Part shown: positions 41,555-51,851 of the stretch, piece by piece
Layout of the letters: the number at the start of each line of letters is the position of its first letter
Numbering within the stretch: the first letter of the stretch is position 1
NCBI GenBank assembly: GCA_965234725.1
Contig: CBDDUX010000027.1
Coordinates: forward strand, 9,772-73,771
DNA: 64,000 nt
DNA from: Thermoplasmatota archaeon
GTDB taxonomy: Archaea; Thermoplasmatota; Penumbrarchaeia; Penumbrarchaeales; Penumbrarchaeaceae
Direction: 5' to 3'
The notes under the pieces: model-generated
Seen by the model: only the letters and a program-made list of their open reading frames with translations
The model's database searches: none
What the model was told of the DNA's origin: nothing
Translations under genes and position numbers: made by a program

Positions 41555-41613
41555 GCGGAGGGGTTTGCCCATTGTCCAAAACCCCTCCGCCCGGTCCCCC
41601 CTGGAGGGGGACC
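41555..41613 (+). promoter_or_regulatory. Two adjacent perfect GC-rich hairpins in a divergent intergenic region
   Basis: GCGGAGGGGTTT-(12-nt loop)-AAACCCCTCCGC at 41555-41590 and GGTCCCCC-CTGGA-GGGGGACC at 41593-41613, followed by T-rich ATGATTTCATTTCTC. Confidence 0.4.
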
Positions 41614-41706
41614 ATGATTTCATTTCTCGATTGTATGTGATCGATTAATGATTTTCATTGGATGGTCCGACCTATCCCTTTTATACCCTCACAAGAATAA
41701 GGATGC

Positions 41707-44409
41707 ATGGAGTCGAGGAAGGGAACCTCTCTGTTTATTGTGGTATTACTATTGTCCTTTCCAATATTTCTTGATCAATTTCAGGGAAAGACCTCTGATA
41801 ATCGTACCATCGAAACAGGGTATCATTCCAGTTATGAGATCGCATCCCTTTTGGAACAAGCTGCTCAGGGTCATCCGGATGTGGCAGAATATCAAACCGC
41901 TCAGGACCTTCTTGGAACAAGGGAGATCTTGGGAGATCGGGTAATACCTATATTATTCATCGGGGACAGATATGAGGAAAGACCATGGGTCATGCTTATA
42001 GGTGCTCATCATGGAGATGAACCGGATTCAGCTGAAGCGGTCCTTGCATTCTCCCTGCACCTTCTCGATTCATATGGATCACAGGACAGTAGAGCAATCG
42101 GAATGGTGGAAAATATCAACATTGCAATCCTTCCTGTTGTAAATCCATATGGCCTTGACATGCTTTCAAGGTTTGATGAGAACGGTGAAGACCCCAACAG
42201 GGACTATCCATTCGAGTATGCTGGAGTAAGCAGCAGCACTGATGGTATCCCTTTGACAACTGCCGGAGCATCTACCATTCATCATCTGGCCTCGATGTAT
42301 CCCTTCTCAATAGCCATCTCCTTCCATTCAGGTTCCAAGGGGATATTCTACACCTGGGGCGCTCCAAATGTCGGAACGGAGACACCGGATGATGTTTCTT
42401 TTTCAATTATCGGTGAGGAGCTATCAAGGGCATCCGGTCAGAACCTGCAACATGGGTCTGCCAACGATTTCGGTTATGTGGCCAACCTGGAAGGCGCCTT
42501 TGACGACCATCTTTACGGTTCCATGTTCCTTGCGGACCATCTGTATTCCCCTTCTCTTCAGCTTCCTTGGTCCACCTTCGCCGCCACTGTTGAACTGGAA
42601 TCCGTGAAAGGATATCATGAGGATAATCTGGGAGATACGGAAGGACTCTGGGATAGTCCGATTTCGGATGATGGTACTGTTCCCAGGGGGGTCAGGATGT
42701 GCTATTCAGCCTGTTTGATGGCATGTCCCAGACTTGAAGTGGAGAACTCCTATGATGAGGGAACACTCATGATCAATGCAACTATAGCAGGTGCGGTAGA
42801 TCTTGAGGAGATAGAGCTTCTTGTAGATGGAGTAGAGGTCGTATCATCCTGGAGAAAGGATGATTACCTTCCCGTATGGGAAATGGAGGTCCGGATAGAG
42901 GGTGAACTCCTGCCGGGTTATCATACTGCATCTCTTGCTGCGATTCCGGATGGGAGCTGGAATGATCTGAACGAGAATGGATATCCACTGATATCACCCC
43001 AATCACTGATCTCAAGGAGCAGGGATGATGAGGTACTTGAATGGCATTCTGTCTTTGAGATAATGAACGGTTCAGTGAAAAAGTCTGATATCAATGGGTC
43101 GATCGTCTTCAGTGATGATGAACTTGTATTCGAGGTTTCGGAGGATGGGTACCTTGAGATCAGCCTGGATTGGGGTGAAGATGTCCCAATAGAGCTGGTA
43201 ATAATAATGGAGGTCCAGGAATGGATGACGGTAAAGAGGTATTCTATCCAGAATATCGCAAAGGGAAACTTGTTCCTTCCATTCGATCTTGTTCCACTTG
43301 TAGGGATGGGAAATATCATCGTCAATCTGTCATTTCCCGGAGGAGATATCATTGAGGAAAGGAAAGCAACTATACTTCCAGGTGTCGAGATACTCTCCGT
43401 TGATCCGGTCCCCGGGATAATTGACAGGTGGAATGTAATGGTGGGTGTTTCCGGAGGATTAAGTCCCACGCCTATCATTTGGGGGGTGTCCAGGGAAATG
43501 GAGGAATCCTGGGATGCTCATGGATGGTCCATTCCTCCTCAGGTTGAGATATCCCCTGGTTACGGACCTATGATCATTGAGGTGGACCTTTCGGGGTTCC
43601 ATGGCATACATTATTTCCGAGCGATTTCAGCTGATGCGTTGGAGCATTATCCATACCGTATGGATAAATACACTACCCTTTACCCTGAGGGCGGTCTCAT
43701 CGTACCTGAGATACCATACAGTATCACCGGAGATCGGATTATACTGGGTCCCGGTCTGGTCGTTTCCAGGATGGATGGTCTCAGGTCCCTCGATCCCTAT
43801 TCGAATGGTATAGTGTATGAGGTCAGTCTATCCGGACCCGATGGGAACACTACATTGGTAAGACTCCAATGGAAGCAAGTATCATGGCTGGATGAAAAGG
43901 AACTGGAGCAGTTGGAGATCATTGCATCGTTGCAGGGATTCCGGATGAATGATATTTCCGGAGCTTTCTTCGGAGAAATGGAGGCTCCTGTCAAGGAAGG
44001 GGAGTACCGTTTGTTCATGAAAGTTTCAGGAACTGTAGAGATCGGGAGTGGTGAATATGAGGATTTCAATTTGGACGATCCAACAGGGTCGTTTATCATT
44101 GAGGAGGGAGTAGAAGATGAGGATGATGATGGAAATGGCTTTCCCTGGGTCCTTTTCATATTCTTAGTGATGGTTGCGTGTGCAATACTGATAGTCACCT
44201 ACTTCAGATACGATTCACATAGAGATGAACCGGAACCGGAAGAAGAGGATGTTCCACTGACAAGAAGGGAATCATATTCTTCGGTCCAAAGGAGAAGAAG
44301 GGTAACAAGAGAAGTCCCTCCCACTTCAAATAGGAACCTTCGGGCGGTCGAAGGGATTTCCGGAAGAAGTTCGGGAAGGCCACCCTGGAAGCAGGACCCT
44401 TTTAAGTAA
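41707..44409 (+). CDS. Membrane-anchored surface protein with M14 zinc carboxypeptidase domain (signal peptide, C-terminal TM, Arg-rich tail)
   Basis: M14 motifs: HHGDEPDS (HxxE zinc ligands), NPYG, NRDYPF, SFHSGS...YTWG; C-terminal TM FPWVLFIFLVMVACAILIV. Confidence 0.65.
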   Translation: MESRKGTSLFIVVLLLSFPIFLDQFQGKTSDNRTIETGYHSSYEIASLLEQAAQGHPDVAEYQTAQDLLGTREILGDRVIPILFIGDRYEERPWVMLIGAHHGDEPDSAEAVLAFSLHLLDSYGSQDSRAIGMVENINIAILPVVNPYGLDMLSRFDENGEDPNRDYPFEYAGVSSSTDGIPLTTAGASTIHHLASMYPFSIAISFHSGSKGIFYTWGAPNVGTETPDDVSFSIIGEELSRASGQNLQHGSANDFGYVANLEGAFDDHLYGSMFLADHLYSPSLQLPWSTFAATVELESVKGYHEDNLGDTEGLWDSPISDDGTVPRGVRMCYSACLMACPRLEVENSYDEGTLMINATIAGAVDLEEIELLVDGVEVVSSWRKDDYLPVWEMEVRIEGELLPGYHTASLAAIPDGSWNDLNENGYPLISPQSLISRSRDDEVLEWHSVFEIMNGSVKKSDINGSIVFSDDELVFEVSEDGYLEISLDWGEDVPIELVIIMEVQEWMTVKRYSIQNIAKGNLFLPFDLVPLVGMGNIIVNLSFPGGDIIEERKATILPGVEILSVDPVPGIIDRWNVMVGVSGGLSPTPIIWGVSREMEESWDAHGWSIPPQVEISPGYGPMIIEVDLSGFHGIHYFRAISADALEHYPYRMDKYTTLYPEGGLIVPEIPYSITGDRIILGPGLVVSRMDGLRSLDPYSNGIVYEVSLSGPDGNTTLVRLQWKQVSWLDEKELEQLEIIASLQGFRMNDISGAFFGEMEAPVKEGEYRLFMKVSGTVEIGSGEYEDFNLDDPTGSFIIEEGVEDEDDDGNGFPWVLFIFLVMVACAILIVTYFRYDSHRDEPEPEEEDVPLTRRESYSSVQRRRRVTREVPPTSNRNLRAVEGISGRSSGRPPWKQDPFK

Positions 44410-44435
44410 ATCCTCGGACATTGGAGGTCGATAAC

Positions 44436-45101
44436 ATGGTAAGACTTTCACCATCAATTCTATCTGCAAATCAGTACAAACTTCAGATGGAGATCGAACA
44501 GGCTGTGAAGGCAGGCGTGGACATGCTACATGTTGATGTCATGGACGGTCACTTCGTCCCCAACATCACATTCGGACTGCCTCTTGTCAAGTGGCTCAGG
44601 AAAGAGACCGATCTGGAACTTGATGTCCATTTGATGATCTCCGATCCGGATCTCTATGCCCCACAATTCGCTGAAGCGGGTGCGGATATTGTAACCGTAC
44701 ATGTGGAAGCCACTAATCATCTTGACAGGGTCCTCCAGTCGATAGAGGGATCCGGAGCCAAACCAGGGGTGACCCTTAATCCGGGAACCTCCCTCACTTC
44801 CCTCGAATGGGTCCTTGAAAAGGTCTATCTTGTTCTGATAATGAGCGTCAATCCCGGATTCGGTGGTCAGTCATTCATACCTTCTTCCATAAACAGGATC
44901 GAGAAGCTCAAGGAAATGATATCTGAAAAGGGGACCTCCACTTTGATAGAGGTCGATGGCGGGATATCCTCCAAGACCATAGGACCCGTTGTCAAGGCCG
45001 GTGCAAATATTACTGTTGCTGGATCCGAGATCTTCTCCGCCAATAACAGGGATATCAGCGGCAACATCAAAAGGTTGATGGAAGCCTCGGAAGGTCTATG
45101 A
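44436..45101 (+). CDS. rpe: Ribulose-phosphate 3-epimerase
   Basis: Rpe pattern SILSAN...LHVDVMDGHFVPNITFG...HLMI...VHVE...MSVNPGFGGQ...VDGGI; the ORF's first Met is at 44421, preferred start MVRLSPSIL at 44436. Confidence 0.85.
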   Translation: MVRLSPSILSANQYKLQMEIEQAVKAGVDMLHVDVMDGHFVPNITFGLPLVKWLRKETDLELDVHLMISDPDLYAPQFAEAGADIVTVHVEATNHLDRVLQSIEGSGAKPGVTLNPGTSLTSLEWVLEKVYLVLIMSVNPGFGGQSFIPSSINRIEKLKEMISEKGTSTLIEVDGGISSKTIGPVVKAGANITVAGSEIFSANNRDISGNIKRLMEASEGL

Positions 45102-45104
45102 CAT

Positions 45105-46718
45105 TCAGGCAAGATCGAACCCGTAGGCGTTGAATAGAGGGACGGTTGCACCTTCGATCACAGTTGTAGAGATCAGTGATCCGGAGGAACCATCCACCAC
45201 TGCAAGGTACATCATTGAAGGGTCCTTTCTATCGACGCTGCTTGATATGAACAAATCCTGGACATGTGCTCTTTCAACACCCAGCATGTTCATGAAAAGG
45301 ACCGAACCGATATCACAGCAAGCAGTCCCCCTCCTTATGATGTCAAGGCTGTAGGAGTTGGAATAACCATCACCTCTGAAGAATTGGTCGGAAAGGTCAG
45401 TATCCTCAATGACCTTCTCATTCTCCTCGAGTGTGATCATTTCCCTTGTCGGGTCCGGATGGATCGGACTGCTCCCTGTACTTTCTCCAATAAGATAGAA
45501 CCGTCTTTGGTCCACCAGCAAACCACCTTCCACTCCGACCTCGAATTGCAATGTCTTTGAGATGCCATCGACTTGATCGGTGGAAAGTGTGATGTTCCAT
45601 ACCCATGAAGGTTCAACACCGTCCATCCTGTAATAGTCCGCCTCTATCAGGGAGAGGCCCTCCCATCCATTCCTGTTGACATATTCCTTGAGGTTTGATC
45701 CCTGTTCAAGACAGGTCTGAAGTGCTTCTTCAAGTACGGACCTGAACTTGGTTTCAGACCCTTCCCGGGGCAAAAGCAAGCTACCGGAAGATGAGGTGGG
45801 TGGGGATGGTCCGTAGGGGTAATAGATCATAAATGGAAGGACCTCTCCTGTACCCATCGACCAGGATAGGAGTTCATCGATCATGATGACCTCCACCTGG
45901 GCCAGTCCATCATCGGTCCAGAACTGACCTGAAAGTTGCAATATAGTGGAAATGGGCCATGAGCTTCCCTCTTGGAATGAAAGCTCAAGGACAACGGAAC
46001 CCGGCTCAGAGATCTCGGAACGCCCCTGGATGTAAAGGATCCTTCCTTCCAATTCATCCTCGATCGAGGTGACCTCCCAGTTAAGTGTGATCTCTTCCCT
46101 GTTAATCCCCGCTTCCCGTAGATCAACAGGGATCGAGACATTCCCCTTAGAGGAAGTATTGAACCGACCATCCGTCGGGATCAGGGCCTTCCATATTAGG
46201 TCCATCCTGAGGCCCATGAACTGCTCCACCCTGCTTTCTATGTCGGATGATGATCCGAACCCTTTGGGACGTGAAAAACTAACCTGGGAGGATACCTCCT
46301 CAACCGAGGGAAGTCCGATATCGTCCATATTCGTTTTCCTTGTGTTGCTCATCTCTCCCTGAAAGGAGAGGTCCTGTGTATCGTTCCTAGAGTGGAGAAG
46401 TGAATAGGACCCGGAAAGCGACTTGGTGAGCGATCTCTGGGAGATTGTCCTGATAATAGTTCCCTCTTGGAGGAAGGACCCCTTCTCCGTTCCCATATCA
46501 ACATCTACGGTCATATTATAGATAGAAGTAAAGGAGGACCCTTCCCTGAGGTTATCTACCTCGAACGATCCTTCCAAAAGATCATTTGAGTTGTTGGTAT
46601 TATGGTCATCCAGTAGGGGGAGACGGACACCATTGTTCACTAGCCCGTATCCAATATTCAGGACCATCGCCGAAGCGATCAGGGCGAACAACAGTTTCCT
46701 TCTGGGTTCCATGTTCAT
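45105..46718 (-). CDS. Secreted hypothetical protein
   Basis: N-terminal signal peptide (LLFALIASAMVLNIGYG); 537 aa, no recognisable motif. Confidence 0.5.
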   Translation of the reverse strand: MNMEPRRKLLFALIASAMVLNIGYGLVNNGVRLPLLDDHNTNNSNDLLEGSFEVDNLREGSSFTSIYNMTVDVDMGTEKGSFLQEGTIIRTISQRSLTKSLSGSYSLLHSRNDTQDLSFQGEMSNTRKTNMDDIGLPSVEEVSSQVSFSRPKGFGSSSDIESRVEQFMGLRMDLIWKALIPTDGRFNTSSKGNVSIPVDLREAGINREEITLNWEVTSIEDELEGRILYIQGRSEISEPGSVVLELSFQEGSSWPISTILQLSGQFWTDDGLAQVEVIMIDELLSWSMGTGEVLPFMIYYPYGPSPPTSSSGSLLLPREGSETKFRSVLEEALQTCLEQGSNLKEYVNRNGWEGLSLIEADYYRMDGVEPSWVWNITLSTDQVDGISKTLQFEVGVEGGLLVDQRRFYLIGESTGSSPIHPDPTREMITLEENEKVIEDTDLSDQFFRGDGYSNSYSLDIIRRGTACCDIGSVLFMNMLGVERAHVQDLFISSSVDRKDPSMMYLAVVDGSSGSLISTTVIEGATVPLFNAYGFDLA

Positions 46719-46731
46719 TCACAACCATTAA

Positions 46732-48534
46732 TCAGGCACCATTGAATATTTTAGAAAGCTGACTGCCCTCGACAGATGTAACATAAAGCATCTGTCCAGT
46801 ATTTGCATCCACCGCAGCGGAGAATGTGCTTCCCGATTCCCAGACGTTGTCGTTCTGAATACCGAAAGCGGAATCAGCTGTGGGTGTGGATATGCCTGTT
46901 AACTGTTCAATGAGGATCAAACCAGGATTCTGATCCTGATTGACAGCAATTACACCGTATGAGTATCTGGCCCCTTCCTTGATCCTTCCGTTCTCAAAGG
47001 CATTGGCCTTCACATCCGGATCCAGTTTCATGACCTTTTCGGAATGGGTGAGGGTCAATATCCTTGAATTGAGATGGAGGTTATCCTTCATCACACCGCT
47101 CCCCCATCTCGTTCTCAATCGGCCGAAACGATCGTCGCCTTCATCCCTGGAAATGAACTTTGACACCGTAGTTCCCTGTCTGCTCTTGTCATCAGACCTG
47201 GCAACTTGGATCCTGTATCCCCAATCTGGCCAGTCATCATTAGTCTCATAATATTCTATCATCTCATCCAGGTCATAAGCATAGGAGAATGTTAGATTCC
47301 ACCATTGTGTGGTATTCCTTCCCAGCAGGTCTTCTTTGGAAATATTGTAAACAGAATCTTGTATCATTACCTTACCCTTCGACTCGAACTCTGTCAGGTA
47401 AGAATTGAATTCTGGAGAGCTCTCTTTGGCAAATTCTATTGCATCTTCCTGTGTCCATCCGTTGAACGAGGACCTGTCAAGGTCAGATCCATCTGCTGGT
47501 CCGTATTCCCAGGATTCATATTCTCCGGCCGGGTGTGCGATGCTGTAATCCTCATGTCCGGAGCTTTCCCCCCAGGGAATCGGATTTTCCCCGGTTTGCA
47601 GGCCGAGGTCTCCATCTTTGATCTCTCTTCTGGTCTCCAATATCAGGTAGAATTCACCATCGTCCCAGTATGCACTGGTATTGGTCCTTGTTGTTCCCTT
47701 GAGGGGGAAGGGGGAATCTTCAGAGATATAGAAATGCCTCTCGAAGAATAAGAAGTTCCAGATGTTGGATGTTACATTGATCTTGAAAGTATCATGGTCC
47801 TTAACCTTGTAAGCTCCATCCACCGTCCAGTTGTATATCCTGTCGTCCTCTTCATAGACCGGATCCCCTACATATGCGCCTTGGGAACTTAGTCTCAGGG
47901 TCCTGCCGTCTCCGTAAATTGACTCATCTATTGTCTCGATCGGTTCATAGCTTGGAACCGGGTAGGTCTTGAGGTCGGCATTGTATTCAACATTGGCAGG
48001 AACGTCGCCAAAGGCGGTTCCAAGGTTCTCGATGGCTATCATGCCGGAATTCACCGCTTTCAAAGCGTGCTTGTCAAAAAGGTTATTGAACTCAGCCCTT
48101 TCGACATCAAGGTTGCCGGGTATGGTCACCGGATCGGCGTCAGAACTCTCGATCTTCACCCTGAAGCTGGCTTTGGTCTCATATCCGAACCTGACAGCTT
48201 TCCTCTGTATACCGAATCCATCTTCTATGGTTGTGATCTCATCAACGTATTGAAGAAAACTGCCTTCTCCGGAGAAGGTATATCTCTCCCATTCACCGGA
48301 AGAATAATTCTCCGAATACATCTGTGCGAACAGTTCGTAATCGTAAAGGACCTGGTCGTTGATCTTTATATCAGGAACGATCAAGGATTCAATATCCGAG
48401 ACGATCTCCGTACCTCCATCTTGTGGGTCCCCGTTGGAACCATTTCCAAGATCATTCTGAGGCTCTGTTATAAAATAACCCCCCATACTCAACATAAGGG
48501 CCGTGATGGAAAGGGTCAGTAGAATTGGTCTCAT
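46732..48534 (-). CDS. Secreted hypothetical protein (ORF open to 48642; likely start at Met MRPILLTLSITALMLSMGG)
   Basis: Signal peptide immediately after the internal Met; Trp/Tyr-rich extracellular protein. Confidence 0.5.
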   Translation of the reverse strand: MRPILLTLSITALMLSMGGYFITEPQNDLGNGSNGDPQDGGTEIVSDIESLIVPDIKINDQVLYDYELFAQMYSENYSSGEWERYTFSGEGSFLQYVDEITTIEDGFGIQRKAVRFGYETKASFRVKIESSDADPVTIPGNLDVERAEFNNLFDKHALKAVNSGMIAIENLGTAFGDVPANVEYNADLKTYPVPSYEPIETIDESIYGDGRTLRLSSQGAYVGDPVYEEDDRIYNWTVDGAYKVKDHDTFKINVTSNIWNFLFFERHFYISEDSPFPLKGTTRTNTSAYWDDGEFYLILETRREIKDGDLGLQTGENPIPWGESSGHEDYSIAHPAGEYESWEYGPADGSDLDRSSFNGWTQEDAIEFAKESSPEFNSYLTEFESKGKVMIQDSVYNISKEDLLGRNTTQWWNLTFSYAYDLDEMIEYYETNDDWPDWGYRIQVARSDDKSRQGTTVSKFISRDEGDDRFGRLRTRWGSGVMKDNLHLNSRILTLTHSEKVMKLDPDVKANAFENGRIKEGARYSYGVIAVNQDQNPGLILIEQLTGISTPTADSAFGIQNDNVWESGSTFSAAVDANTGQMLYVTSVEGSQLSKIFNGA

Positions 48535-48681
48535 ATTTTTCACCCGTACAAATACAAATGTGGCACTAGCATCTCCCTTTATGCCCTTCCTATTTAGGGA
48601 TGGATATATTAAGGTTCTGGAAATAGAGATAAAGGATAACAAATAATAACATACGAATCAAAGATGCGGAGTGGATCATAA

Positions 48682-49605
48682 ATGATTGAAAAAGAATTCG
48701 ACCTGGTTATTATCGGAGGGGGCCCAGCTGGATTCACAGCAGGTATCTATGCGGGAAGGGCAGGACTGAAAACTGTGATCCTGGAGAAGCAGATGGCAGG
48801 CGGTCAGGTGATAATATCCCCCTTGATCGAGAACTGGCCCGGAGATAAGGAGATCTCCGGACCCGACCTTTCTATGAGGATGAGGGAGCATGCTGAAACC
48901 TACGTTGCAATAATGGAGTATTCTGAGGTCACGGCCATTAGAAAGGATGGTATGTTCTCTCTCGAAACACCTGAGGGCAATATCAAAGGAAAGGCAGTGG
49001 TCCTTGCCACTGGCGCAGAGCACAAGCAGCTTGGAGTAACCGGAGAGAAGGAACTGGGAGGAAAGGGAGTGAGCTATTGCGCCACCTGCGATGGGTTCTT
49101 TTTCAAGGGTAAGGATGTCGTGGTGGTAGGTGGAGGGTCAACGGCCCTCCTCTATGCTATCTATCTTCACAATATCGAATGCAGGGTCAAACTAGTTCAT
49201 CGCAGGGGTGAGTTCAGAGGTGAGAAGGCACTCCAGAACCAGGTAAAGGACCTGGGGATCGAAATGATAATGGATACGGTTGTGGAAGGGTTCAAAGGTA
49301 CCGAGATGCTCGAGACTGTGGTTCTCAAGAACGTAAGGTCCGGTGAAGTCAAGGAGATACCTGTTTCCGGTGCTTTTATTGCAATCGGGGAGGTTCCTCA
49401 AACCCATCTTGGAGTCTCTTTAGGAGTGGAAATTAATGAGGAAGGTTTCATAGAAGTTGACAGGAACATGCGGACCAACGTTCCAGGATTCTATTCAGCT
49501 GGAGATATCACCGGTGGACTCAAACAGATAGTGACTGCGACAAGTGAGGGTGCAATAGCGGCAACATCCGCATTCGAGGACCTTATGGAACCTATCTGGT
49601 TATAG
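48682..49605 (+). CDS. trxB: Thioredoxin-disulfide reductase
   Basis: FAD motif VIIGGGPAG, redox-active CATC, NAD(P)-binding VVVVGGGSTA. Confidence 0.85.
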   Translation: MIEKEFDLVIIGGGPAGFTAGIYAGRAGLKTVILEKQMAGGQVIISPLIENWPGDKEISGPDLSMRMREHAETYVAIMEYSEVTAIRKDGMFSLETPEGNIKGKAVVLATGAEHKQLGVTGEKELGGKGVSYCATCDGFFFKGKDVVVVGGGSTALLYAIYLHNIECRVKLVHRRGEFRGEKALQNQVKDLGIEMIMDTVVEGFKGTEMLETVVLKNVRSGEVKEIPVSGAFIAIGEVPQTHLGVSLGVEINEEGFIEVDRNMRTNVPGFYSAGDITGGLKQIVTATSEGAIAATSAFEDLMEPIWL

Positions 49606-49615
49606 GAAAATGCTC

Positions 49616-49972
49616 TCAATCATCTCCCTCATCATCGTCCTTGTCATCCGTTACTTTCTCACCCTCTACCATCAGGCCTCCGAATGCCATCCGTTCAATG
49701 GTCTGGGCTACCCATAATCTCTGGGTATGATAATCCACATCATCTCTCAGATGGAGTTCCGAATCTATTTGAACCCTAGCAAGATGGATCCTGGACTCCT
49801 TTAGGAGGGGATCCTCAATAATCCCTCCGATCAATTTGTACATTTCCTTTGGTCTCTCCAGACACTGGGCAATGTCTTCCATGAATTTTGGAACCTTTTT
49901 TGGGGTCTGTCCCCCATAGAGGACATCAAGGGTTCTTGATTTCTTTTCATCTATTCTCGATGATGGGACCAT
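49616..49972 (-). CDS. Hypothetical protein with acidic C-terminal tail
   Basis: 118-aa ORF ending DDKDDDEGDD; no recognisable motif. Confidence 0.35.
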   Translation of the reverse strand: MVPSSRIDEKKSRTLDVLYGGQTPKKVPKFMEDIAQCLERPKEMYKLIGGIIEDPLLKESRIHLARVQIDSELHLRDDVDYHTQRLWVAQTIERMAFGGLMVEGEKVTDDKDDDEGDD

Positions 49973-50067
49973 CCTGTAACCTCTCGGCTTTATACGGTGG
50001 TCGATATTTTACCCTTGTCCTGCGTTGCTCCAGCAAACTGTAAATCAATAGATGACATTTCGGCAGT

Positions 50068-50712
50068 ATGCCCCATTTCATCATGGACCGTTACAAGGTG
50101 GATGTTGGAAAGATCGTTTGCGTGGTAAGTGATAACGGAGATGGTGTGTGTGATTTCTATCTCAAACCTCAGGGTTCTATCTCATCCGATGGATCGGATA
50201 CCGTGATCCCCGATGGAGAAGATCGTCTGGCCTTCTCAATGATGCTTGGTATCGCCATCGGAGAGAGAACGATAGGAGATCCCCGAACCTTGATGAGGTC
50301 CATACTTGGAATGGGAGTGATGATAGACCATCATCTGACAAAGGATAACAGGACCGAAATGTTAAAGCACCTCAGGGATCCAGTAATATCAGGAAGGGAC
50401 GGTTTTTGTACCATTTCTGAATTCTTACCAATGAAGAAGATCGGTGACCCTTATGGATTGGAGGCATATCTCCAGGTCAACGAGGAGGAGAAACTGGAGA
50501 TGTCAACCCGGGATATGATAACAACGATAGAGGACGCATTGGGTTCGATCGGCAGGCATATCACCCTGTTCCCCGGAGATCTGGTCGGTATATGGCTAGA
50601 TGGTATCGATCGCCCTTCATTCCCCGGTGACCTGATCGAAGGAGGGATATCCGGCCTATCCACTATCACTGCGAGGATCGTTGAAAAGGAGGCCGGTCCA
50701 CCAAACCCTTGA
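50068..50712 (+). CDS. Fumarylacetoacetate hydrolase (FAH)-family protein (tentative)
   Basis: C-terminal FAH-like pattern LQVNEEEKLEMSTRDMITTIEDALGSIGRHITLFPGDLVGIWLDGIDRPSFPGDLIEGGISGL (cf. L.VNGe..Q.g.t.dMi....li..lS....L.PGDli.TGTP.GvG). Confidence 0.45.
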   Translation: MPHFIMDRYKVDVGKIVCVVSDNGDGVCDFYLKPQGSISSDGSDTVIPDGEDRLAFSMMLGIAIGERTIGDPRTLMRSILGMGVMIDHHLTKDNRTEMLKHLRDPVISGRDGFCTISEFLPMKKIGDPYGLEAYLQVNEEEKLEMSTRDMITTIEDALGSIGRHITLFPGDLVGIWLDGIDRPSFPGDLIEGGISGLSTITARIVEKEAGPPNP

Positions 50713-50999
50713 AATCTCTCAAGGGTCAAGGGATCATGAGAAAATTGTGGATGAGAAAAGCGAAATCCATTTATATCAAATTACCAGATTTTCCAATGGA
50801 GGATCCATATATTCCTGAAAGAGGATGGAATTTGTATAGTTTAGTAGCATTTTTAAGGAAGATCCGATCATTACTCTATAATTCGTTGGGAATACTTTCT
50901 TTAATTATAAAGAGTAAAAATGTTATTTTTTCCACTGGAAAAGTATCATAAATATTAAATATTCCCTGTGTATATGGTGAATTTGCCCAGTAAAGGTCG

Positions 51000-51851
51000 C
51001 CTACCAACGGTCCACTTTGTCCGGATCGGTAGCGATCCCTGGCGCCACAAAGGGGATCTGAATGAACTTTCTCACGAAAGTCCGTTCAGTTTGGAAGTAT
51101 AGTTCGGTTAGGGATTTGGGATTTCGGTCCTTTATCTTCTTCCTAAACTATCATTGGACCTGCCCCTTGTCCTGATCCGCACCTCCCAACAAGAAACCAC
51201 CTTCGGGTCGTTGAAAGAAAGGTTATGCGGAAATGGTCCCTTCGGGGACCTTAAAAGGAGAAGGGACCTATCATACTTCGGTATGGCAGAAGGACAGGCA
51301 AGTCCAACCCTCCAAGACAGAACCCCTTTCCAAAGGAACCTTCCCCGGAAGGAACCCAAGGAGAGGAAAGATGTCATGGGAACCAGAAACCCCCTCTCCC
51401 TCTTTCGGGAGGAAGAGATGGGAAGAAAGGAACCCATTGGAGGTTTCCGATCCCAAGGGCCTTCGTCCTCGGATGAAGGAACAAAGGAGAAGAATGCCCG
51501 GGAAACAACCCAAATTTCCCAAAACCTTCTTCGGAAGGTCAAAGAAATAAAGGATGGATCCCACCCTATCGGAAAAGGCCGGCAACCATCTCCGGATGGA
51601 GGCCGATCTGGAACGAATAGGACTGGCACATTGGACGCGCTAGGACCTCATCCCTCGGGATAAAGGTCCGATACCCTTCGTAAAGGTTCCGGGTCCCCCT
51701 GGAGCCTTGAAAGAGGGTGATGGCCTCAAGGCTCAGTGGACTTCCTGGTCGTCGGTTCCCGACGATTTCCCGGGTTCCTCACGGAACCATGTCAGCGCCA
51801 AGGGACTGGGTTGGCAGGAGAAGGTAAAACTTCTCCTGCCATTACTTTTCC
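51000..51851 (+). ncRNA. Candidate large structured non-coding RNA or ORF-less element, family not identified
   Basis: About 0.9 kb without a credible ORF; purine-rich plus strand; at least 10 perfect hairpins, six with UUCG loops (e.g. GGTCCC-TTCG-GGGACC 51235-51250; CCTTC-TTCG-GAAGG 51525-51538; GAGCCTTGA...TCAAGGCTC 51702-51734; GGTTCC-TCAC-GGAACC); terminator-like GGCAGGAGAA-GGTAAAAC-TTCTCCTGCC 51813-51840 followed by ATTACTTTTCC; weak resemblance to RNase P CR motifs (GAAAGTCCG, GAAAGG..TGCGGAAA, ACAGAACCC) not confirmable by eye. Confidence 0.3.

Noticed and set aside
50709-50951. 80-aa ORF downstream of the FAH-like gene
   Set aside because: It is AT-rich with a Lys/Ile/Leu-rich product, a 4-nt overlap with the upstream gene and no motif. 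It could be real but is unsupported and more likely part of the non-coding leader of the structured region.
51132-51663. Four overlapping ORFs (165, 169, 105 and 104 aa) on both strands
   Set aside because: The frames overlap mutually and encode low-complexity Gly/Arg/Pro/Lys/Glu-rich products in a purine-rich, hairpin-dense segment. This is interpreted as non-coding structured RNA, not protein.
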